Part shown: piece by piece, positions 50,891-61,135 of the stretch | Layout of the letters: each line of letters starts with the position of its first letter | Position numbering within the stretch: position 1 is the stretch's first letter | Origin: Hydrolagus colliei | Taxonomy: Eukaryota | Reading direction: 5' to 3' | Length of the DNA: 64,000 bases | Assembly (NCBI GenBank): GCA_035084275.1 | Contig: CM068761.1 | Coordinates: 8,308,001 to 8,372,000, forward strand | Notes under the pieces: model-generated | Told to the model about the DNA's origin: nothing | Databases searched by the model: none | Seen by the model: the letters and a program-made list of their open reading frames with translations, nothing else | Translations under genes and position numbers: made by a program

Positions 50891-53688
50891 TTTGTGTGTC
50901 TTATTTTGCTTGAGATTATTATTTGTTCACTCGATTGATCCAGGTCGATGTGTTCATTTGATGCCCACCATTATTGTAGGAAATGCTGAAACAAATATGT
51001 AAATTACAAGTTCAGAGTAATAAACACTTTAAAAAAACAACGACAACAAAATTACATTTGCATAATGCCTTTCATGTCAGGAGGACGTGCCCTCCAGTCA
51101 GTGTTTCAGACCTGAGCTGGGATCAAAATCGGGGAGGTTGGAGGGAAAGGAGGGGTGACCAATGGGACCCTCAAAGTGGAGGGTTGTATGGTGGGCCTTG
51201 AAGGAGGCTAGGAAGGGTGCGAAGCAGAGAGATTGCAGGATGGAATTCCAGTGGTTGGGGGCAGAGTGGCTGAAGGCTATCTCGCCAATGGTGGGTGGTT
51301 CAGGGGCATGGTGTAGGCCAGATCCCACTGAGTGGAGCCCACTGCTAACACTGAGAGCCCACGGCTAATACTGAGAGCCCACTGCTAATACGTTTAGGGG
51401 CCATAATTAGGTGCTACACTGACGAATAATTAAAGGCAGAATGTGCAGCAATGGGATATATGATGTTTGCACACACAGTACCTGTAGATCCACGAGTGCA
51501 GCTAGACCACGTGGGGTAATAAAGATGCTGATAGGCGAGAAACGTGGATGAATAGACACCAATATGCGGATGAATGCGGTCCCTCGTTTGGAAGAGTGAA
51601 ACTTGAAAATTTAAACCCGTGGATTTAAATCGCGGATGCGCAAAACACATTGCTGAGGTTTGCGAGGATTGTCATATTTGGCAAACCGTGGATGCCTGCA
51701 TTTTGTGGTTGATGAGGCTGCGGTTGGGGCGGGATACCTGTACTGTAAAATGAATTCATTGCATACATGTGGGCAAAATGCAGCAGAAAATTGTGTACAA
51801 ACAATCGTGGATTGAAATGACCAATTTGTTTTTTTACTGAGGGATTATTAACTTGCCTGTGGAGTAAGGAAACTTGGCCAAGGTTTTAGCCAGCCTGAAA
51901 TGGAATCCAGCTCTCTCACTTGTAAGATGAGTGCTCTAACCACTGAACTACAGGACTCCACTCTTGGCTTGGCTAACATATGGTGGAGGAAAGACATTTG
52001 AGGATGGAACAGAACACCTGGGTTCCTTGACTGGCTTGGTGAGGTGAAGTGTGCCATCATGGAATGCTTGATGTGTGAGGTGCTGCTGTGAGCCAATCAG
52101 GCGATCCTCGCTCTTGTTGACGTTCAACTGTAAAAAGTTACCTCGTCCAGGACTTGATGTCTGGCAAGCAATCCGTCAGGATGACAGTGGTCCTGGAATT
52201 GAGGGTAGCGGCAGAAAGATAGAGTTGGGTGACATCCGCTTACATGTATGTGGACATTGACTCCATGTCTGCAGATGATGTCACCAAGGGGGAGCATGTA
52301 GATATTGGAAAGTGGGGTCCAAGAACAGAGCCCTGGGGGACACCAAAGGTCATAGTACAGGAGCTGGAGGAGAAACCATTGGTGGCGACAAAGTGGAGAC
52401 AGTGAGAGAGGCAAGGGCAGATCCATGAAGATTAAACTGGGAGGGGAGGCGATGTAGGAAGATGGAATGATCGACAGTGTTGAAGGAAGCAGAGAGGTCA
52501 AGTGGGTCAAGGATGCAATGAGTGCACTGATCACAGATGTTTAAAATATCATTAGAGACTTTCACCAGAGTTGTTTCTGTGCTCTGGGCAGCACGGATGC
52601 CAGATTGGAGGGCTTCAAAGAGGGAATGGTGAGAAAAGAAGGAGCAAAACTGGGACTCAACAATAAACCTTGCATTTGATATAGAGCTTATCACTTCATC
52701 GAGATTTCTCAAAGCACTTCACAGAATATATAAAGTGAACTTACTGTAGATTTTGTGGGCAAATCTAAATATATTTACATTTTCTTATGATAATATTTAA
52801 AGTTTCAGTACTTCATCAATGCTCGTTGCTGCAGTATTATCACTTTTTTCCAATATGGTACCACTATCTGTGTTGAACAAGATAAATACAGCCCAAAGGT
52901 ATTCTCTCACATCCAGCGTTTGCTGTAACAACTGATTTTTGCTTATATTGTACTCTATACAAAGACAATTGTCGCCTTCTGGTGGTACAGGCTCATATTG
53001 TAATTAAAACCTCTTGATTGAACAACTCCTTAGATATGCAACAAAAACAACAACAACAAAACAACCATAAAATTACATTTATAGAGCGCCTTTCACATCG
53101 GGAGGATGTTCTAAGGTACTCAACAGTCAGAGGTCGGGACCCTAGTATGGGAGAGGAGGTAGGAGGAAGGGGAGGGAAAGAGGTGGGAGGGCAGCAGAAG
53201 GCATGATCAAAAAGGAGGGAGCCTTGAAGGTGGCAAGGGAGGAAATAAGATGAAAGGACTGTAGGATGGAGTACGAATAATCCTTACATTTCATATAGTT
53301 CTTATCATATTTCACATACAGTCAATTCACATAGAGTCAATGAACTTTACAGTATATTCTGTGAAGCACTCTTGAAGACGTGTTAAGGCACTATATCAAA
53401 TACAAGGATTATTATTATTAGTTGGTTGTCTCAAAGCTCTTCACAAGATATAGTGTAATGTGATGTGACTGTGTTTTGTGGATGAATATTGTAGAAAATT
53501 TGCACAATTCAAATGTCCTGCCAACAGTTCCTGGCAGGAACTTGGGCAAGTTTTGTTTCTCCATATGCCTAATAATAAATCTTCCCCCCAAAATTTGATT
53601 GCTCAATCCACGACTGTTTGTGGGAAACTATTGTGCACAATTGGCTGCTGTATTTCGCTTGCAAATATATATTCAAATCACTGTATAG

Positions 53689-53800
53689 TAGGAAACGGCG
53701 ATATGGGAATTTTCCGGATATGGATATATCGGTTGGCTCATATCGAGATATACCGAAATACCGATATTTTCAGTTTTTTCGTACTGCGCATGCATTTGTA
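53689..53800. mobile_element. Solo end of the TAGGG-TIR hAT family
   Basis: TAGGAAACGGCGATATGGGAATTTTCCGGATATGG matches the right end of the 10813-13737 element in reverse. Confidence 0.75.
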
Positions 53801-56196
53801 CAGCACCTTTCACTTTGGGAGTAACACTCACAAGTACGCATGATGTATGCAATGCATATTTGTCGGCCAATTTAGATCTAAATCTGAATTTAGAATTTAG
53901 ATCTTGGTCCTCGCATTGGCGGGTGAGCTTTTAGCCACTCTACCCCTAACCTCTGGAACTCCAACCCGCAGACCCTCCGCCTCTCCGCCTTTCTGGCCTC
54001 CTACGATGGATGGATCCATCAGCAACTCCTAATCCCTCGCTTCTCCCACCACCTCAGCTCAAGTCTGAAGCAGTGCCTGTCCAGTGTCTCGGGATGTCCT
54101 CCTGACGTGAAAGGCACTATACAAATGTAATTTTGTTGTTGTCATCATTAGACGTAGCAATTTCACAGTAAGAAAATTGTTTATTTTAAATTGGTGAGAT
54201 TGTTTTCTTTAATCTATGATCTAATTCCCATGCACACTTCCTTCGCTAATATGTTTTCTGATGGATTACCTACTTTTATTGGTCTGCAATTGAGTTTGGT
54301 GGTAACGGAATGAAACACTCCCAAATCTGGATTTGCTCCTACTATATTTGCTATTTCCCCCTGAATTCTTTAAAATGAGAGGCTCAATTTACATCATATA
54401 GATTTTCTTTTGTCAAAATGTGTTTTTATTCAAAACATTTAGTACCTATATTTATTAAAGCTTACTGATTTGAATAACCACATAACCACTCCAACATTAA
54501 AAAAGCAACTGATGGTGAATAGTTTGAGATTGCAATATTGATTGAAGTAGAAGCTCAATTTTATGAACAAGAATATTTTCAGATTTAAAAATTACAAACT
54601 TGATTCAAAATTAACTTTGATACAATTATAAGCATGTCCTTATGTAATACAAAGGTGATCTAGTTCAAAAAAACTTTTTTTCGTTGCAAAGAATACAGTC
54701 GTATAATAATAATGATAATGCTGTTTGTAGTTGATATAACGTTTGATTGCCTGATCTTAAAGCATGGGATTTTTATTGAGCTTTATTTCCAAATATTGTG
54801 TCACAAATTCTCGAAAACTAGAAAGTGAGAGAAAGGAAGGGGTGTCAAACTTCTTGTGTAATGTTTATTTATGTTTTGCCTTTCATTTAGATGATCATTA
54901 TCTACTCTTAATATGAATAATTCCTGCATTTGATATAACAATAATTATCCTTCCATTTGATACAGAGCATTTCATGTCTTCAAGACATCTCAAAGCACTT
55001 CACAGAATATACTGTAAATTGACTATATATTTTCTGGGTGAAATGTGGCAGCCAATTGTGAACAGCATTGGCTCATAAACAGTTGTGGATTGAATGTCCA
55101 AATTAGCATTATTTTAATTATTAATAATTAATAATTATTATTACTTAGATTAATCTCGTACATAGTACAACATGGGGAACTCAAGGTGCATTAACGTAGC
55201 ATAAAGTGCTGATAATTAAATCAAATAGACTACCTGAGGGAGATTTTGAGTAGATGAAAGCCTGCGTGCCATCAACCTGCAGTTATTATAATAATAATCC
55301 GTGGATTTCATATAGCGTTCCCATCATATCTTTGAGATGATTCAAAGTGCTTCAAAGAATATACTATAAAATTAATTGACTATATATTGTGGCCGAAACA
55401 CGGCAGCAGCAGTCAAGGTTCCAGATGCACGCTAAAAACTTGGCTCATGTTACAAACATAAATGTGTTCAAGGTGATATCCAGAACACAAAGAAATAAGA
55501 TAAGATTGGAGATAAAAAAACTAATCTATGAATGGCTGGAGTACACAATAGCTAGAAGTGAATATCTGAGAGAGAAAGGCAAACCGTTCTGACAAATGGT
55601 CATCGACCTGAAACGTTGACTCACTTTCCTCTCTACATAGATGCTGTCTGACCTGCTGAGTGTTCCCAGCCACTTCTGTTTTTATTTCACATCGCCAGCA
55701 TCTGTAGTATTTTGGATTTCAAATATTTATGAATGTGGTCCCTGCCCTTTCTGAAGTTTACTGCCCTTTCTGAAGCAGTAACTGTCCAGCGCCTTGGGAT
55801 GTCCTCCTGACATGAAAGGCGCTATACAAGTGTAACTTTGTTGTTGTTGTTAACTTTGTGTGCAGCCAACTTCAGTACCACCTGTAATCTTAGGCATCTG
55901 GACCTTTATTTCCACTTGCAAATAAATAACATGATATCAATAACAGAAACACGTTTATTCTGCTTCTACGTCCTATTTTATTATACTGACAAATCTGGAA
56001 AATAATACGTAATTCCTGCAGTACACTGCATACAGATGTGAAAGTTACAGTTGTGAATATGAAGAGAAAAAGCAACACACAGATTAAAATAAGACAAATC
56101 TGATTTCCATTTAGGTGGAATTAGTGCCAGCCGTTTACCTCGGAAACGCAGACTTTCCAAACATTTGGCAATATTATTTTTTTCCAAAAAAGGAAA

Positions 56197-56528
56197 TCAC
56201 AAACATGTTGATCTCTGGATGGTCTGGTGGAGAAGCCGAGACCCAAGAGATTGATGCCTAACACCGCAGGAGTACACCTCGTGTGCGTTCCACTCGGAGG
56301 CTGACAAGGTCAGGTAACTGCTCACACTGTAAGTGTTATCAGCCGCCATTAAACTCGGACTGGTCTGGACACCGGTCTCTGGTACTCTGCCGTCCACACT
56401 CCATTGGACTTCAACAGAATCTGGATAAAAGTTATTCACCAAACACACCACAGTCGCTGCCTTTGCTGACAAGATCTGATCCAACGCCGGAGGGAGAAGC
56501 AATACTGAAGGGGTGGATGTCTGTTTGC
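56197..56528 (-). CDS. Immunoglobulin light chain constant (C1) exon, lambda-like
   Basis: TPSVLLLPPA..ATVVCLVNNFYP..VQWSVDG..NTYSVSSYLTLSASEWNAHEVYSCGVRH..QRSTCL-stop. Penultimate Cys; AATAAA (minus) at 55954-55959. Confidence 0.96.
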
Positions 56529-57761
56529 CTGAAAGAAAAATAGGATCGACCTTTTAGTTAATTCATATTTAAACAAAATATTTAAAGCGACATCTTTGAA
56601 CCACAGCAGGTTAAACACTGCTGGATTGATATAGGTTTCAAATGATTTTTAAAAAATGTAATCGAAGTAAACTATCTAAATTAAACATAATTAGAATTAT
56701 GAAACAAAAGGCACCAATATCTTTATGTTATCATGTCATTCAGCCTTCTGACCAATTATTAGTAATTATACTGTAATTATTGCATTTTGATAAAATTCCA
56801 CATTAAGTCGTCGAAATGTTTCCTGTGCTTCACAAGATTCACTGTAGAGATAGACACAAACCGAATTAATTCTGGTGAAATCCGCAGGGGAGCAAAATAT
56901 ATCCATATCTCAGTTCTCCCAATGTGAAAGGTGCTTTATAAGTGTAATTTTGTTGGGCTATATCTGACAAATACATAGTGAGTAATGTTCCATTTTGTAC
57001 ATACATATATATACACAGTCAATTCATTTTACAGTATATTCTATGAAGCATTTTGAACAGTTTAGAAGACATGAAAAGCGCTATATCAAATGCAACGATT
57101 ATTATTATTATTTACATCACAAAATAGGAAGGTGAACATTTTGTGTAAAGTATCTATGGATCGGAATTTAAACCAATACAGAAACGGTATTGCACTGAAA
57201 TATGAGAGGGATTGTGCAAGATGCCTGAAAGTCAAACAAATGTCCCATGAATGATTTTCCATAATTTTGTAATGGTTTTCGTTATCCGCACCTTTTCTTG
57301 AGAAAGATAAAATGTGAGGCATTTAGTCCAGAAATCGGGAACTGTTGTTTTTTAAACTATTGTTTCCCTGGTTAGTGTTGATTCCTGTTGTGAGAAATTA
57401 ATGTTAGTGGATGAAGGTTTCTAAGGGATAAATCATTTGTAGCTCGAGAGCAAGATTGTCAACCCTAGGAACGAAAGTTCATGAGAACGAGAGGAGCGAA
57501 AGAGAGGTAAGTGAGTACAAAGGCAATTTTAAAGCAAAGGTTCCTTGCCAAGGGCACGACTGGAGGAAACAACACAACAATATCAAGGTTTACTTGCTGT
57601 GAGCACTGTGAACAGTTACCACAAGGATGGCGAGAGGGTTTAGCCAAGGAAGCGGACAAACAGACAAACTAGTGCGGGTTAAAACACACCCCAAAATACA
57701 AATATGTGATGAACAAAATTGCAGATTTGTATAACATAAAATAAAATAAAAGGTCACTTAC

Positions 57762-58109
57762 TCAGAACATTCAGTTTAGTTCCGGGACCAAAGGCCCAGG
57801 TGTCTCCACTTTTGGTGCCTGTAAAACAGTAATAGTTGGCGGCATCATCCGCCAGCACGTTTTGGATGATCAAACGGCCAACATTTGCGCTTTCGTCTTC
57901 GAGACCAGAGAATCTATCTGGAATTCCGGAGCCTCTGGTAGCATTGCCTTTTACAAGGAACCGCGGAGTCAGGCCATCTTTCTGTTGGTACCAGTACACA
58001 TACTTCTCTGAGAGGCTGACACCCTGGACTCCACAATCCAGTGTGACCTTTTCCCCTGGAGCATAGGCCACCGAGGGTGGCTGGGTTAGGATCAACTGAG
58101 AATTGGCAT
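57762..58109 (-). CDS. Germline-joined VJ exon of Ig light chain
   Basis: QLILTQPPSV..TLDC..WYQQK..GIPDRFSG..DDAANYYC-FTGTKSGDTWA-FGPGTKLNVL; in frame, phase 1-1, no RSS. Confidence 0.96.
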
Positions 58110-58507
58110 CTGCGGATTAAAGAAGACATTGTTAAATTCAAATGTTACAAAATGTAAACAATTAAATCCACCCAGTAAGTAAAAGTAATAAGTAGGTGAG
58201 TGAGTGAGTGAGTGAGTGAGTAAGTGAACTGCAACACAACTGAGGAACCAACATAGAGAATATATCATTCGATGAGGGTAACATATGTATCTACATCTTC
58301 CTTTGTGAATAGTCACCTATTTCTTGTGCTAAAACAATCATAAAACGCCCCTAAATTAATTACATATCAAACCCAACTGCCAAGAGATGGCAAAATGACT
58401 TAATTTTATATGTTTCGAGTAAAGCTCTATGTCCGGTTAGAAGCAGCAAAGATTAATCCGAGGATAATGTCATGAATGTTGGGATGGATTCGCAGTGGAG
58501 TCCTCAC

Positions 58508-58556
58508 CGTGCAGACAGAGCAGGAGGGCGGCCAGAACTCGAAGCCACTCACTCAT
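58508..58556 (-). CDS. Ig light chain leader exon
   Basis: MSEWLRVLAALLLCLH-G|gtgagg; 49 nt. Confidence 0.92.
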
Positions 58557-58690
58557 TGTGAAGCGTTTGATCCAGAACAGAAACACAACAAGTCGCTTTC
58601 CTGGTGTCAAGCTGGTTCTTGGGCTCTTTGTGAACTTCTCCTTAAGAGGACCGTGACAGCCATCTTTTGTCACTTTGCATTCATTTAGTT

Positions 58691-58698
58691 ATGCAAAT
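58691..58698 (-). promoter_or_regulatory. Ig promoter octamer (ATTTGCAT on the gene strand)
   Basis: Perfect octamer in light-chain orientation, ~135 bp upstream of the ATG. Confidence 0.85.
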
Positions 58699-58914
58699 CC
58701 CCCCCCCCCCCCACCCCCCGCCACCCAGCCTGCCTCTCAGATTTACTTTATTTCTCTGTGGATTGGCTCCCAACATATTTATTTCCTTCATTTGTCACCC
58801 ACATCCAGTAATCACTTATATTAATTATCAACATATTGCAACGGTGTCGACCCATACAGTGGTAGACTGGCCACTGGTGTCTATGTCCCATTAGGTTTCA
58901 ATGCATGGTAATAA

Positions 58915-59170
58915 TAAATAATAATCCATATACTTGTTTTAGCGCTTTTCACATCTTCTAGACATCTCAAAATGCTTCACAGAGTATACTGTAAAGTGAA
59001 TTGACTGTATATTTGTGGGCGAAATGCACCAGCCAATTGCGCATAGCAGTGTCCCACAAATAGTCGTGGATTAAAGTGACCAATTTATTATTGTGCATTT
59101 TCAAGGGTTTATTATTTGGCGTGTGGAGTAAGGAAACTTGCCCAAAGTTTCACCCTGCAGGGAATGAAAA
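58915..59170 (-). mobile_element. DeuSINE-like SINE copy
   Basis: Family core and tail. Confidence 0.8.
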
Positions 59171-60289
59171 CCCTGGTCTCTGACTTGTCTCTCACTTGTC
59201 TCTTATTTACAGGAGTGCAAGGTAGTGGTAGTGGTTACAGGGGGAGTTATCAGATCATCTTCACAAGGAAAGCATTCACGTACTTGCTGTGCAGGCTTTC
59301 CTTGTGATGCTTTCCATATGTCTGGTAGGTTCACATGAGGTATCTCATTCTACCCATTTAGTTTAACATGTATAAAGCATGTTGGCTCTATAGACTGCTG
59401 CTTCTGCAATCAACACATTCACACAATAGTTAGAGAAACCTCAGACTGACATGTTTGATGGGAAATTCAGAAAAGGACAACTAGGTTAACTCAAGAGAAG
59501 GACACAGGTAGGAGGAAAAATTGGTCAGCCTGGGACTATTCATGCTAGAAAAAAGAAAAGAGGCAGAATTTTTTGAAATTATGATAAGTTCAAAAAGAAG
59601 AGTTGTTAGCTTCAAAATAAGAATAACATAACTGATGGAAAATGTATCTAAACATGACCTCCTCATTCTTCGCATTTGAGGTAAAGATTGAGGAGGCCTG
59701 AGGGGGTGCATGGAGAAGCCAGTGAGTCATGGAAAAAATAACTTTGGGGTTGTTTTTAGCCTCCAGGATGATGTTGGAGTAATGAGCATGACAAAGAACA
59801 GTGGTAACTATGGAGATGCTCAAGCCACTGTTGGCGGTGAACCATCAGACCGGTTTTCTGCCACCTGAACTCGAGCAGTCGGAATTATGTTTTTAGTTAG
59901 TGGAGATGAGTATTATACCAGGGGGAATGGTAAGGTTTGGAGATGGACCTGGATTTCAGGGGAACGAGAGAGTTGAAGGTGGAGGAGAGGCGATCATGGA
60001 GCAACTGCACGGCTGCTTCAGGATCACTGTGGGTGGAAGGCCAGAGGGATAGAATGTGAGAGGATGTGAGGGACTCAGTGAGGGTCTCAGGAGGAAGATT
60101 TTTCCAAGGATGGAAGAGTACAGTTGAGGGCTTGGTGGAGGAGAAAGGTATACGAGAAGAGAAGGAGATGAGGAAGTGGTCCGAGATTATGCTGAGGTCG
60201 GAAATGTCAGGGTCATGGGTGGGAACAAATGCAATGATTATTATTATTGTTATTACTATAATGCCTATCACATTAGGATGCCTCAAAGC

Positions 60290-61135
60290 AGCAACAATAA
60301 CAAAATTGCACTTATATAGCGCCTTTCATGTCGGGAGGACGACCCAAAGCGCTGAACAGTCTGGTTGGGACCCGAGCGGGGTGAGGGGGGTGAGGGTGGG
60401 GTGGAGAGGGGAAGGGTCGAAGTGGGGGGAAGTAGAGTGGGAGAGCGATAGTGTCCGGCGATATATCGATATATCGGTATAATGTTTCATATCGATATGT
60501 CAATATTGGAAATTTGAATATATCGGTACTGTATATCGAAAAATTCGGTATCAAAAACAATCGGTACAGCCACAAAACATCGGTATATAGTGTCTGCCGA
60601 TATATCGATATATCGGTTATATCGGTATAATACGAACTTTTTCAACATAACTTGTCGCTGGCATTGCAAACCTCCTGGGCATAGAGCATGCATATTGGAA
60701 TGCGCGCGCACATCGGAATGTGCGTGCATACACAGGATAAAAAAACCTGGTGATATCAATATATCGGTATATATTAATATGAGCCCTCCGATATATTGAT
60801 ATCGGAAAAATTCCATATCGCTGGGACACTAGAGAGGGGGAATTGTTAGTGAGGGAGCTGAAGGCGCGGTCGAAGAGGAAGGTCTTGAGACCGGCCTTGA
60901 AGGAGGAAAGGGAGGAAGCAAGGCAGAGGGGCTGTGGGATGGAGTTCCACAGTGTGGGAGCAGAGAAGCTAAAAGCCTGTCCGCTGATGGTTGGGCGGTT
61001 AGAGCGGTGGACGAGGAGCAGGCCTGAGTCTGCTGAATGGAGGGTGCGGGCAGGTTGATAGGGTGACAGTAGGTCAGAGAGATAGGTGGGGGCAATGCCG
61101 TGAATGGCTTTGAAAGTGAGGACAAAAGCACTTCG
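60290..61135 (-). mobile_element. L2 3' fragment interrupted by a hAT MITE
   Basis: L2 sequence resumes on both sides of 60449-60831. Confidence 0.8.
60449..60831. mobile_element. hAT-type MITE
   Basis: TIRs TAGTGTCCGGCGATAT / ATATCGCTGGGACACTA, many CGATAT repeats, degenerate 8-bp TSD GAGAGCGA/GAGAGGGG. Confidence 0.8.

Noticed and set aside
58195-58225. Repeated GTGAGT donor-like motifs
   Set aside because: A (TGAG)n microsatellite on the strand opposite the light-chain transcript.
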